The position numbers and the translations under genes were made by a program. Below, piece by piece: positions 12,924-25,273 of a stretch of DNA of 64,000 nucleotides. A model generated the notes under the pieces. That model saw only the letters and a list, made by a program, of their open reading frames with translations. It made no database searches and had not been told where the DNA came from. Source of the stretch: Eukaryota sp. GEM-RC1. Lineage: Eukaryota. Each line of letters starts with the position of its first letter. The stretch's first letter is position 1. Location: positions 1,984,001 through 2,048,000 of the forward strand of contig JAUFOQ010000002.1 of NCBI GenBank assembly GCA_040285855.1, written 5' to 3'.

Positions 12924-13609
12924 TTCAACTGAATGAGTCTCGGTGGCTCAAACTCAAACATACACTTTAAGTACAACAAATAGCAATACCTTCGATGTAC
13001 AGAACACCATTATCCTAGTTCGTTACCTTTTTGTTACGCTTGATATTGCGTAATAGAAAAAAACGGGGTTTATGATCAATCAGTGAAATAGAAGCATTTG
13101 CAGAAGTTAATAACTAACAGACACTAACTAAAGTATCTAAACTATGATCCTTCTGTCCATCACCGAACAATTTACCTAAAATTGAATTAAAATATCTGTG
13201 CATTGAACGAAACAACGCAAACGTTAACCTAAAAGCGTAATAGAAGTTTCTTTCTAGTAGAAAGATTTCAGCATATCAAATTATTCTTAAAGTTCATTAC
13301 TTAAGGGAGTAAGTTGGATAATTAGACTTAACAGTCAACAACGAATGATCTGTTTAGATTGATTGAAGATGGAATGTAATTGCTAATTGTAGGAAGAAAC
13401 TTTATACCACCTAAAAATTAAAGTGTAACAAAAATAACGACAGTTTCGCTCAGTACCTTTTGCATCATTTGTCGTTTATGAATTCGTGTTAAATGAAGTG
13501 CAACCATACAGTGGAATAATGGGTTTCATTTTCATCGTTTACTGTACTTATATATCAGTTGTTGTTCATGTGATATACCGTACCAAAGTCCGAAAAACCT
13601 CCACATCCA

Positions 13610-16319
13610 CTATTTATTACCCTTGTATTGTTGCAGTTCCAATCGTAAAGACTGGCATTCATTACAAAAGAACTCCAGAAACAGTGGCATTAGCATACAA
13701 TTCAGTTCTTGCATTGTTGTTTTGAGAAATTCAAATTTTTCAAATTGTTTCAGACTAATATAAAAACATTCAAGTTCTACAGACTTTGGTTTGATTTCTG
13801 TAATTAATAACTTAATAAAACTAGGAGACCACCCATCAACATCTTCTTGAACTGAGTGAAAAAGACAATTCAATAACCAAGTGACATGTTCTTCTTCGAT
13901 GTTTTTGAAAAATGACGAAATTTCCGAGATATTTGGACGGAGATTTACCACCGGTAAGCTGTCAACAGAATGTTTTCCAATAAGTTTCATAATCATTTTC
14001 CAGTTTCATTAATAAATTCAGAAGTATTAGAATCAATTGAGAACTTAATCAACCACGTTACACAAGGAATAGGCGGAGGTGAATTCTTAAAGAAATTTAA
14101 AAATTTTCTAAACACAACAGGGAAAAGAAAAGACGGGCAACCTACAAGAATGTTAAACAACAGCATACCTTCAGCTTCTAAGAATTCTATTTCAGTTAAA
14201 AACTGTTCTAGTTGTATTAGAGAACAATAGTCTTCATCTTTTAAAACTCCTAAAACCAAAGAATTCAGCAACCACCACTTGTCAACAGAATTTAAAAGAG
14301 ATTGTACGGTATTAAAGGAAAGTGGAATAGGTTGATGAGAGAATTTGATAGTATCCGTAACAACTTTGGACAAAGACTCTAGATCTTTGAAAAGTTGAGG
14401 AAATTGAGACACAAAATGATGAAAATATAAAATTTCAACATCAGCAAGAATCGCAATAAGTTGATCTTTACTAAGATTCAATTGATTAGGAGTGGAAAGA
14501 AACTGTTCAATTATTTGAGATATTCCATCAATTTTGAAATACTGTGAAAAATAAAAAACCTTTAGAATATCTGAGCATTGAAAATCAAAACCCTTACACG
14601 TAAAGATTTGAAAAAGAGTGTTCAGAAGGCTGGAACTGAATAGTGCATCGGGAAGTTTTTCCGAAAAATTAAAATTTGTTTCAAAATGATTGCCTAGAGG
14701 ATGAGTGAATTCGTTAAGGAAAAATTTAGAAACCGAAGCCATAATCACTTTGTTGCCTCTGAAATTGAAATTATTTACAACAATTGAAATATCTGATAGA
14801 CATTGAACATAAGAATTTTTCAAATCTGTTGCTGACAGATTAAATCGAACGTCGTTTTTCCCTTGAAAACCGTCACATAAGATCTTTTGGCAGAACTTCT
14901 CAAGTTGTGGAAATTTCAGATATTTTGCAAATGTCATGATTTCTGAAAAATTTGAGGCATTAACAGTAATTGTTTCACCATAAAACGTCATTAATACTGG
15001 TGCCAAAAGATCTTCCATTGGTAATAGATGGTCTGGAAATTCAAAAGAATTCAACTTATGGTCCAAGTTTAAGAAGAAATCCGAAAAAGATTCAAAACAC
15101 ATCTATGGATGGAAAAGGAATTGTTTGATAGGTGGACATCAAAGTCAATCAAATTTGATGACGATTTAAGAGCCTTCAGCTGATTGAAGTGGTTTATCTC
15201 GACTTTTTTAGTTAAATCTGACACAGTTCGGGAGGATACGGGTTGTTTTCCTTTTTTTGTTTTGTTAATTGTGGTAGAAGTGGGAACATTTGGGGCTTCT
15301 TCAATAAGAGGTGTATCTTTCCAAAAATCTTCTTCAACAATCATTGTCTCTTCAGAATAATGATCGTCAACTTGCCCTTGCTGACGTGATGATTGTGATC
15401 TAGCTCTATTACCAACTGGTTCCTTTTTGGGGACATTAGTCTTGGGAGAAAGTTTGCTACTATTCTTTCCCACTACTAGAGTTTGATTAATAGCTCTCTT
15501 AGTGGAATGGTACGCCTTATAATTATCTTTGAAAAGCTGTTCAATTATTGACCTATCAAGTGTAGGAAATTCTTGAAACAAACGAGTCAGTTCTTGAATT
15601 TCGTAACTATTCAAATGGTCACTTTCAACTGAAAACTTAGAATGACTGGTTGAAGGTTTAGGTTTCGTTGGAACATTGGATCTTTGAACATTTTGACTAG
15701 GAAAGGTGGGGTTACTTGATATTGTTAGACTCTTGAGACGAACTTCTGCCATCTCTTTGTGAAAGTTCTTATCGATATAAACTTTCCAAATAGTTTCATG
15801 ATCCAGAGACTCTTTAAACTTGTCAAATAGACTTTGTACGTCTCGATTTCTGTGCATAAGGAGAGTAAAAGCAGAATTCTTGTGATATGTTTCACAAATA
15901 GACTCAATATGTTCAGGAGGGAGAAAACTGTACTTACTACTGAGATAATTGAGATCCGCTAGAGAAACACTCTTTCTAAGGTTACGCTTAAGTACGTTGC
16001 TGACACTGGAAGAATGGCCATTAGCAGGGGATTGGTTGCGAAGTTCTGATCTAGTTAAGCTATAAGAACATTTGTTAACAAGGAAGTGGCTTGTGAGGGA
16101 TTCTTGGGCAATGTGTGGACACTCTTGCATCAAAGCATTTAGGTCAGTATGATGTCTTGAGAGAATGTGAGACGCATGTTCTCCAACACCATTGGTTTGG
16201 GTTAGTACATTTCGAACATGGTGTTGTGGTAAAAGAGGAAAACTGTCACTTAGAAAAGTCTCCACATTGTGTGATTTACCGGATAAGGCTACAGCTGAAA
16301 GCAAATCCATCAAGCGCAT
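13610..16319 (-). CDS. CUE-like repeats plus two BTB/POZ domains (two homopolymer frameshifts)
   Basis: CUE-like LFQEFPTLDRSIIEQLF. BTB starts DFDVHLSNNSFSIHRxVLNLFSDFF and DISIVVNNFNFRGNKVIMASVSKFF. Frameshifts at about 15085 and 13997 are absent in the paralogue. Confidence 0.8.
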
Positions 16320-17746
16320 TGTGGTTCAGTACGGAAGATGTCAAATTGAAAACTTAAAGAATTCAGCAGTTGCATACTAGTATATCACGCTAATATAACT
16401 CCACTTCACTCCAAATTTCTACGTGTTGCAGTTTTGTCAGAATGTTGTGAGTTAGTCGAGTTGGAGAAACTTGCTATTTCATTAGCATTCCTAAGTAAGT
16501 ATTGTACATAATTTACAAAAACCCCTTATATCAAACAGAGTTACACTATTTGTAGTTATCATTAATCAAAATGAAATAAACTTTCGTAGTCTTTCATTTA
16601 AAAGGCGAAAAAGTTAAAACTATCGTCCAACACAACAACAACTTGGGTAAGACGTTTCTAAAGTTGTGCCTTGTTGATGGTCTTGATATGGAAGACCTTC
16701 TTATGAACATTTCCCCTGCTGATGCATGTAATTGTTGGATTTGATGTTGCCAACCAGTTCATGAAAAATATAATGAAAGAACTGAATTTTGAAATCACAT
16801 CAAATAGCTCCAACAAAGAAACTATGAGGTTCTAAGTGATCATTTACAGATTCTAAATGTCAATAATGAGAACAAATGTTGATGCACTATAAATGGACTT
16901 GGATGGCTTAGATATGTTTCCAATAACAATTGCATGTAATTTCAAACCATTTCATCATTAATGATGACAAATACGTACTTTGTTATCGGTTTCAACCATA
17001 CCTGGAAAATACAAGGGTTGCACAAAATACATATAATAAAATACAAGAATACAGATACAGATTAAAATACAAAAATGCAAATTCAATGATGTTGTAATAT
17101 CTGTATTATTAGTAATGTACATCGACAACAATGATGTTAAATTATCGCCTACATGTACATGTATTTAGATTCGTGTCTATAAGTGTTTCTTATATACTTT
17201 CTTCTTACTTAGGTTAAATAATAATTCCTTCTGTAAATAGAGACTGATCAATTGTCTCCCACTCTTCGTCAGACTCAATGTTGCTTTTCTTTCTTGTTGA
17301 TCAGGTTTTGGCACGTATTTTGTGTCCTGTTTTTGGAGAAACACAATCAAAGAGCAATTCTTCCTCCAATTATTCCTCGACCTAATCCAGTGGACTACTG
17401 TAGTTTGTTCATCTGTCTTCTGTTTTGGTTGCTAATAAACGACGACAACTATCTTCGTCTGGTAACTTGATTTGTATCATGTTTTAATTTACTTCTGTAC
17501 ACCACATGAAGAAAAATTGGAGATGAAAGAACTGCACGTACATCCAAAATATGCACTATACAGATAAGTAAGTTCACAATCCTATTCCTAAAAACATACA
17601 GTATTTTAATACTGAAAAATAAAAAAAAGACAGTTTATTGATGGAGGGTACAAAAAAACATATTATAATAAAAGCTATGAAACACTAGACACCGAAAATT
17701 CCTGGTCAACAATACCACAGTTTTTATACAACTTTGTGAAAATTGA

Positions 17747-18800
17747 TTAAAAGAACTTAGGCACCGAACGGAACAAAGAAAAAATCAAACGGTTATGCCA
17801 AATTGATAAGTTAAATCTCTTATTCTGAGACTTACACATAGATCCAAAATCAGTTAAAAACTTGGAAGCCATCTCACCAATACTACCGAAAATAGAAATA
17901 GCAAATGGAACAAATACAAATTTTGAATATAAATTTTGATTGAGTTTAGCAACATCTTTGGAATACAAATCAATTTTACGTTTCTCAGCTGTTTTTAGGT
18001 GATTAAAACCTTTTGAATTCAAGCCATTAACATAAGTTTGAGCACATGGATCTACTGTTGTAACATCAAGGATAATTTGACTAGAATCAACAAAAGGACC
18101 ATGTAAGTCACCTCGACGAGAATTATTAATTAAATCAAGACCCAACTTACTAAATAAAGGTTCAACTTTGGCATGAAATCCATGAGCCTTAAACATTTCA
18201 AATGTAACATCGCTTACAGCATTATGAAGAACTGAGCGAAATTGAATAAATTTGGGCAATTAATTACATGTCTAAAAGTTGCACTGCGACGATGACTACA
18301 AATGCACTCAGAATTGTCCAGCAATTCTAAACCTAAACGCAATCGCATATTTAATTTCCAAGCCTCATCAGACAAATGCAAACCAAAAGGATGTGGTTGT
18401 TGAGTGATCAAAAAGTTGAATTCTTAATATTATTTAAGAAAGCAGCAAAAACGGGATAATTAATTTTAGTAATACTAAAACGATTTTCAAAATCCAGGTT
18501 TTCAAATGCTTATTCTGAAGTTTGACCACACATAAAGGGAGAGACAATGGAGATTTTTCAGAAATACTGGGTAAATCAGAAGGAAAACAGCTATTCCAAA
18601 TATCCAAATCCAAATCGTCAATAACTGAGACTAACGAAACTAACCAAGGAGTAGACTGAATGAGATTTTCATTAAACAAAAAGCCGTATCTGGATTTAAA
18701 TTCAAATAGAAAATTCTTCATTCCACCAATAAACGCACTTTTGGTTAAGTATGAAGCTCGTGAAAAACCCACACTGCCACATTTAGCTGATGAAAACGCG
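17747..18800 (-). mobile_element. 5'-truncated, frameshifted 3' part of an RLE-type (CRE-like) non-LTR retrotransposon
   Basis: Zinc knuckle CICSH...HVINC, then LHNAV (RHN motif), RRGD, LDVT, AEKRKIDLY and FVPFAISIFG form the restriction-like endonuclease signature. An RT thumb-like segment lies upstream. Confidence 0.85.
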
Positions 18801-19809
18801 TGATAAGGCAAAGAAAAATATATAATACAAATACACAAATACACTAAATACAAAAAATACAAAAAATACAGAAAAGTGTAGTTTCCAGGTATGGTTTCAA
18901 CACATACTCTTGAGTGTGGTGAAATTTGTATTTGAATGTAATGATATTTTGCATGTCAATCGTGAAGTCATTATCTAATGTCCTTAAGTGTGTATTTATC
19001 GGCAAAGAACCTAAAGTATTAACCATTCGTAAAATTTCGTCAACTGATTCGCAGATGTTTAAAAAAGTTTTTTAACATTGGTTTTGTTCAACATAAAACA
19101 CTGGAATAGCATGAATGTAGGTGGTTCAACGTACGTGGTTCCTGAAATAAACGTATTTAAATAATAACAAAAACCTTAAACTAACACCCTTATTCTATTT
19201 CGTGAACCACTTATCTCGCTTTTCTGATATTGCCAACTCATATATATTTTTATGTAGAGACATAATGGACGGTTTTCTAAGGCACCTTTGTCTTTACTTG
19301 ACAGGTCTTGTTCCATGTGTGTGGCTTCTGATCAAAGAAGTCTGCAATTGTAATTATTGGTGACATTAATACAAGCTATTTGTTTCTGTATCTGAGATCC
19401 GGTAGAATTCGAACTTTGTTCTTAATACATGTACACACCAAGTTATAATCCCTCCTTCACAACGTGACCACCTTTAAATGAGCATTGTTCTTCATCTACA
19501 TTGTGTTGTCCTTCCACGCAATCGACAAAAAAAGGATGTGTACAGTGGTGGAATTGTGAGTGATTTGGTTGATGAAAGTGAAGTAAAAACATAGTGAAAA
19601 GTTGAACTGCTGATTAAAATCGAAAAAGTCAACGTAAAAACGGGGGTCAATTAGTGACATAATTGCTTGTGCAAAAGACTTTTAACCAACAGAGACTAAC
19701 AAAAGTCTCTGATCTTTGTAACGATAAAAATAATGAAAGATAGTTTTCTGTTGTAAGACGTTTTTACAAGACTGACAGTGTTTTTCAGAAGGGCCAAGGA
19801 CATCTATAC

Positions 19810-20567
19810 CAGGGGTTGGAAAAAATATTTAAATAAATATCATGGCCAACAATAAATATTTCAATAGGTTCAGTTCAAACAATAAATATTGCAATACAGT
19901 TGACTAATAAATAAATATTGCAATTATTGCAATATTCCATAAATATTTCTGTGACACAACTCTTCTTTGAATTGTATGACTAAAGAGTCTTTATTTAGTA
20001 AATACGTTACCTATACTTTTGTACTTATCATAATATATTTTATGGAATCACATCGTATTAAAAACCGAAACAACGGGGACGGAAGTTGGTGTAGCTGGAA
20101 TGCTTCTTCACGAACAGGATGAAAGGGTTGCTGTAAGTGCAGTGTTTACATTGCCATGCAACCTTGCCAGCTGGAACTGATTCAGGCTGTGGATCTATGG
20201 ACTTGAAGTAGAACAATGACACGTGCTGTGGTTTCAAATCATGCGACAGGGAACAGAAAAAAGTTCAGAAATTGTACGTTTCACATTACTATAACCAAGG
20301 AGAAGAAACAAAAACCTTCAGTGACCGTAAGAATCAGCACGAGATACAAGAAAATGTACCTTCTGTAGTTGTAGAGAACATGGTTTCGCACTGTTTTCAA
20401 TTTGGTAGAAACAAGAAAAATATTGCAATAAATATCATGACGAACAATAAATATTGCAATCAGTCATGACAAAAAAATAAATATTTCAATATGTGATGGA
20501 ACAAAATAAATATTTTTAAGCAATAGTATTTCAATATTTAAATAGAAATATTTTTTTCCAACCCCTG
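19810..20567. mobile_element. Non-autonomous hAT element (758 bp) with about 22 bp TIRs, an 8 bp TSD and a BED-finger remnant
   Basis: TIRs CAGGGGTTGGAAAAAAATATTT and AAATATTTTTTTCCAACCCCTG. TSD ATCTATAC at 19802-19809 and 20568-20575. Subterminal AATAAATATT(G/T)CAATA repeats. Minus-strand remnant FYFKS...WQCKHC...SYTNF. Confidence 0.92.
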
Positions 20568-21170
20568 ATCTATACCCATTCCCCAGCTTTGAGGTACAAT
20601 TCTACCCACAATAAAATTTCGAGTACAATTCTACCCATCTTCCATTTCGGTTTAATAAGAATCTCTTTCAGAATTCCAACATATGATATCCAATATTCTA
20701 TACCACTTCAATTATTCGGGTGCATTACTGATATTCTTGATAATCTTTATAGAAAAACTGAGCAATAATGGAATTTCTTCCAAAGTTAAACAACTGCAAC
20801 GTCAAGAAACAAATTCAAAATGCAATGAATAGAGATCTCTCTAAAATTTCAGCTGGCATGAACATACTCGAATGTACAAAGGTAGTTAAACCAAGTGGGA
20901 ATTTTTCGGAAAGTTGTATAACGTGAACTTACGTAAGACAGCTCCTGAATAATATATCAAATGGGTCACTCAAATGTACTCTGAACGTTTTGGGGCAAAA
21001 AAATTATCTACAACTAGTAAGTAACTAGATGTACACAATCCCATTACTAAAATTCTAAGCCCTGTATTTCACCTCAAAATAGTTTTCATTTGTTTCATTT
21101 GCAATGTTATATTTTGGTAATATTTTACTTTGGGAAATTTTATTTATTACAAATGTAGTAGATCAAACAA

Positions 21171-21445
21171 CTAGAATTTAATATCATTAAAACAACACCC
21201 GTCGCTATCAAACCTTACAACAGCTTTGTCCTCATAAAAGGAACTCACTGCTATTAAAGCTTTGGAGATGATTAGAGGAACTGTTTTAAAAACAGTCCAA
21301 ACGATCCGATTCAACCATAACATATGATGAAAACGTTTGTTGATCCTATTTTTTACGATTTTTCCGAAGTCGTTAAAAAAATTTAATGCACTTTTTCCTA
21401 AACGTCCGTAAATTGGAAACAGCAAAGGGCATAATTCGTAATCAT
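21171..21445 (-). mobile_element. Short 3' fragment of a second CRE-like RLE retrotransposon
   Basis: FPIYGRLGKSALNFFNDFG...KRFHHMLWLNRIVWTVFKTVP is homologous to the C-terminus of ORF 17747-18259. Confidence 0.75.
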
Positions 21446-22204
21446 TGTTGCTAATATACTCTGAAAAACAATTATCTCATATAAATCATAAAAAAATGCC
21501 TTTTATTTACTCTTACAGATACAAACTGTCATCAATATTAACAAATGAGATGCAAATACCTCTACATCATCACACATTCATGTCTCAATGCAAAGAGACG
21601 GTTCAAAATCGAATCAAAATACCTGAACAATGCTTTGAAAAGGAAAAACGACAACCTTCCTCTCCAGTAACTTTCATTAATATTCTTTCCATACTGCTTT
21701 CACAATTTGCCAGAAATTGTTGAGCGAAGCAACCAAATCGTTCCATAAAGAGAAATTGCAAAAGGATGTAAAACAACAGGATTGTGTCGGCGAGAATTCA
21801 TCTTGAAAATTAATTCGCCATAACGATCTAATTTTATTTTTTCAGCAATTTCAATAGCTGAATAATCTAAAATACAAAAGAATGCAAATGCTGACCTTCA
21901 AGTTTCTCTACTATCAGGTAATCCATGACAACACTTGATTTCTTACTTTTAGAATACTTATCTCTTTCCAGGAGTTTCTAGAAGTCCGGAGTTTTGTATT
22001 ATCAAGTGGCGGGGAGAGTTGGTGCAAAATGTTGTATCAATCAAAAAAGAAGAACTTTGTGTGTACACTACTATACTTGCCAGTAGCATTGTGACCATTT
22101 TGATTCGAAATTGCGCCGTCATTGTATTTGTATTTTTTGTATTGTATCAGATCCAGTAGTTGTATTTTTCAGTTATGGTTTAGACTGATCGGAAATAAAA
22201 TATA

Positions 22205-24030
22205 ATTGCTAATTGGATCAAGAAACTTCAGACTTCCTTAAAATGAAAGTGTAACAAAAATAACGACAGTTTCGCTCAGTACCTTTTGCATCATTTGTCG
22301 TATATGAATTCGTGTTAAATGAAGTGCAACCATACAGTGGAATAATGGGTTTCATTTTCATCGTTTACTGTACTTATATATCAGTTGTTGTTCATGTGAT
22401 ATACCGTACCAAAGTCCGAAAAACCTCCACATCCACTATTTATTACCCTTGTATTGTTGCAGTTCCAATCGTAAAGACTGGCATTCATTACAAAAGAACT
22501 CCAGAAACAGTGGCATTAGCATACAATTCAGTTCTTGCATTGTTGTTTTGAGAAATTCAAATTTTTCAAATTGTTTCAGACTAATATAAAAACATTCAAG
22601 TTCTACAGACTTTGGTTTGATTTCTGAAATTAATAACTTAATAAAACTAGGAGACCACTCGTCGACATCTTCTTGAAGTGAGTGAAAAGACAATTCAATA
22701 ACCAAGTGACATGTTCTCCTTCGATGTTTTTGAAAAATGACAAAATTTCTGAAATGTTTGGACGAAAATTTACCACACGTAAGCTATCAACAGAATGTTT
22801 TCCAATAAGATTCATAATCATTTTTCCAGTTTCATTTACAAACTCAGAAGTATTAGAATCAATTGAGAACTCAATCAACCACGTGACACAAGGAATAGGT
22901 GGTGGTGAATTCTTAAAGAAATATAAAAAATATCTGAAAACAACAGGGAAAAGAAAAGACGGGCAACCTATAAGAATGTTAAATAACAGGATACCTTCAG
23001 CTTCTAAGAATTCTATTTCAATCAAAAACTGTTCCAGTTGTATTAGAGAACAATAGTCTTCATCTTTTAAAACTCCTAAAACCAAAGAATTCAGCAACCA
23101 CCACTTGTCAACAGAATTTAAAAGAGATTGTATGGTATTGAAAGAAAGTGGAATAGGTTGATGAGAGAACTTGACAGTATCCGTAACAACTTTGGACAAA
23201 GACTCTAGATCTTTGAAAAGTTGAGGAAATTGAGACACAAAATGATAGAACTTTAAAACTTCAACATCGGCAAGAATTACAATAAGCTGATATTTACTAA
23301 GTTTCAATTGATTAGGATTGGAAAGTAACTTTTCAATTGTTTGGGTTATTCCATCAATTTTGAAATATTGTGAAAAATAAAAGACTTTCAGAACATTCGA
23401 ATATTGAAAATCAAAACCCTTACACGTAAAGATTTGAAAAAGAGTGTTAAGAAGGCTGGAAGTGAAAACTGCATCAGGAAATTTTTCCGAAAAATTAAAA
23501 TTTGTTTCAAAATGATTGCCTAGAGGATGAGTGAATTCGTTAAGGAAAAACTTAGAGACCGAAGCCATAATCACTTTGTTGCCTCTGAAATTGAAATTAT
23601 TTACAACAATTGAAATATCTGATAGACATTGAATATAAGAATTTTTCAAATCTGTTACTGACAGATTAAATCGAACGTCTTTTTTCCCTTGAAAACCGTC
23701 ACATAAGATCTTTTGGCAGAACTTCTCAAGTTGTGGAAATTTCAGATATTTTGCAAATGTCATGATTTCTGAAAAATTTGAGGCATTAACAGTGATTGTT
23801 TCACCATAGAACGTCATTAATACTGGTGCCAAAAGATCTTCCATTGGTAATAGATGGTCTGGAAATTCAAAAGAATTCAACTTATGATCCAAGTTTAAGA
23901 AGAAATCCGAAAAAAGATTTAAAACAGATCTATGGATGGAAAAGGAATTGTTTGATAGGTGGACATCAAAGTCAATCAAATTTGATGACGATTTAAGACT
24001 GTTGAGGTGATTAAAGTGGTTGATTTTGAG
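22205..24030. repeat. Direct segmental duplication of about 13378-15200 (offset about 8.83 kb)
   Basis: Collinear nucleotide similarity. ORFs 13486-13725 and 22312-22551 translate identically. Confidence 0.95.
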
Positions 24031-24632
24031 ACTTTTAGTTAAACATGGTGACGTACCTTGATTACTGGGTGTATTCTTGAGTTGTTTTGGGACATTGTTT
24101 CTAACGGAAGATTTGAGACTGCTCTTTTCCAACAGAAGCATTTCAATTATGGCTTTTCTAGTGTGAAAGTAGAATTCAAAGTTATCTTGGAAAAGCTGCA
24201 CAATTATAGTCTTCTCGAGAGAGGGAAACTCTTGGAACAAACGACCCAGATCACGACTTTGAGGAGCAGATTGTTGATTTAGTGTAATAGGAAGTGTGTT
24301 GTTGACAAGTGCGAGAGACCTCAGCCGACTTTGTGTCTTGAAAGTGTTGAAGTCGTGTGAACTATAGACATTCCAAATAGTTTCCTTATCAATGCCCGAG
24401 AATGTTTCACATAGAGTTTGAACAACGCGATTTCTCCTTACAAAAGAATGTTATCAGGATGGGTGGCATGAGTACGATAAAAAGATTCAATATAATGTGG
24501 AGGAAGAAATGGATACCGAAGAGTGAGGTCAGGGACTGGGTTCTGTTGATAAGAAGCAGTGAAAGTAGGTGGGGTCAAGTTGAGGGACTCATAATCTCCT
24601 CCTTCTGAATCGGATGATGTATAATACTGCAT
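22436..24632 (-). CDS. CUE-like plus double BTB protein, paralogue of 13610-16319 (frameshifts at about 24443 and 22687)
   Basis: ORF 22630-24240 aligns closely with 13993-15102. Adding one T at each of two T-runs joins ORFs 24438-24632, 22630-24240 and 22436-22705. Confidence 0.8.
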
Positions 24633-25273
24633 GTCTTTGAAATTACTGTAGGATCATTAATTCGAAAAGATTTTTATCCTCTTCTTGTTGAACCATACCT
24701 TAGAGGCTTCGATTTAGTAGAGAATCCATCCGTCTTTCAATCAACACAGACCCTCTTTAACTGGTTTTCTTCTCAAACTGACGATACTCCTGACGCTCTG
24801 CTGTCAAACTGAAAATGATGAAACCGAAAAATTCATGAGTATCAACCAAAGCACATAATATTTGCAGTTGTTTTCCTGACTGCAGAATCCGAGTCGTGAA
24901 TGTTTTTTACACCGCACATTTTACAATAAGTTGATCGGAATATTATCTAAAGAATGTGCAATAAACTAATCAAGCGAAATACAAATGAGTTTATAGGAAG
25001 TGACGGTAAAATATCAGAGAATTAATGAGACCAATGAACAACAATAAATTTGATTTAAAAACCCCTAAATGACATCGTCAAACTTAAAGTAACCAGTAAA
25101 TCATTCGAACACAACGAACATTAAGCTGTGAGTTGAGTCAGATGAAGTGAAGGGTTAACAATAATGAGATTTTGTAGGTATAAATACTTTACCCACTGAA
25201 AAAATCTACAAACCAACTAACACCTCCGCCTTTTTAAAGTTCTGGACCCTCAATTTTACATTCATGCTCAAAT

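Noticed and set aside
13486..13725. Identical 79 aa plus-strand ORFs (also 22312-22551)
   Set aside because: Antisense by-product of the duplicated BTB gene end, with a non-ATG start.
19450..19525. VDEEQCSFKG on the minus strand, resembling the piggyBac DE...FKG motif
   Set aside because: Too short, flanked by stops, and no other supporting motif.
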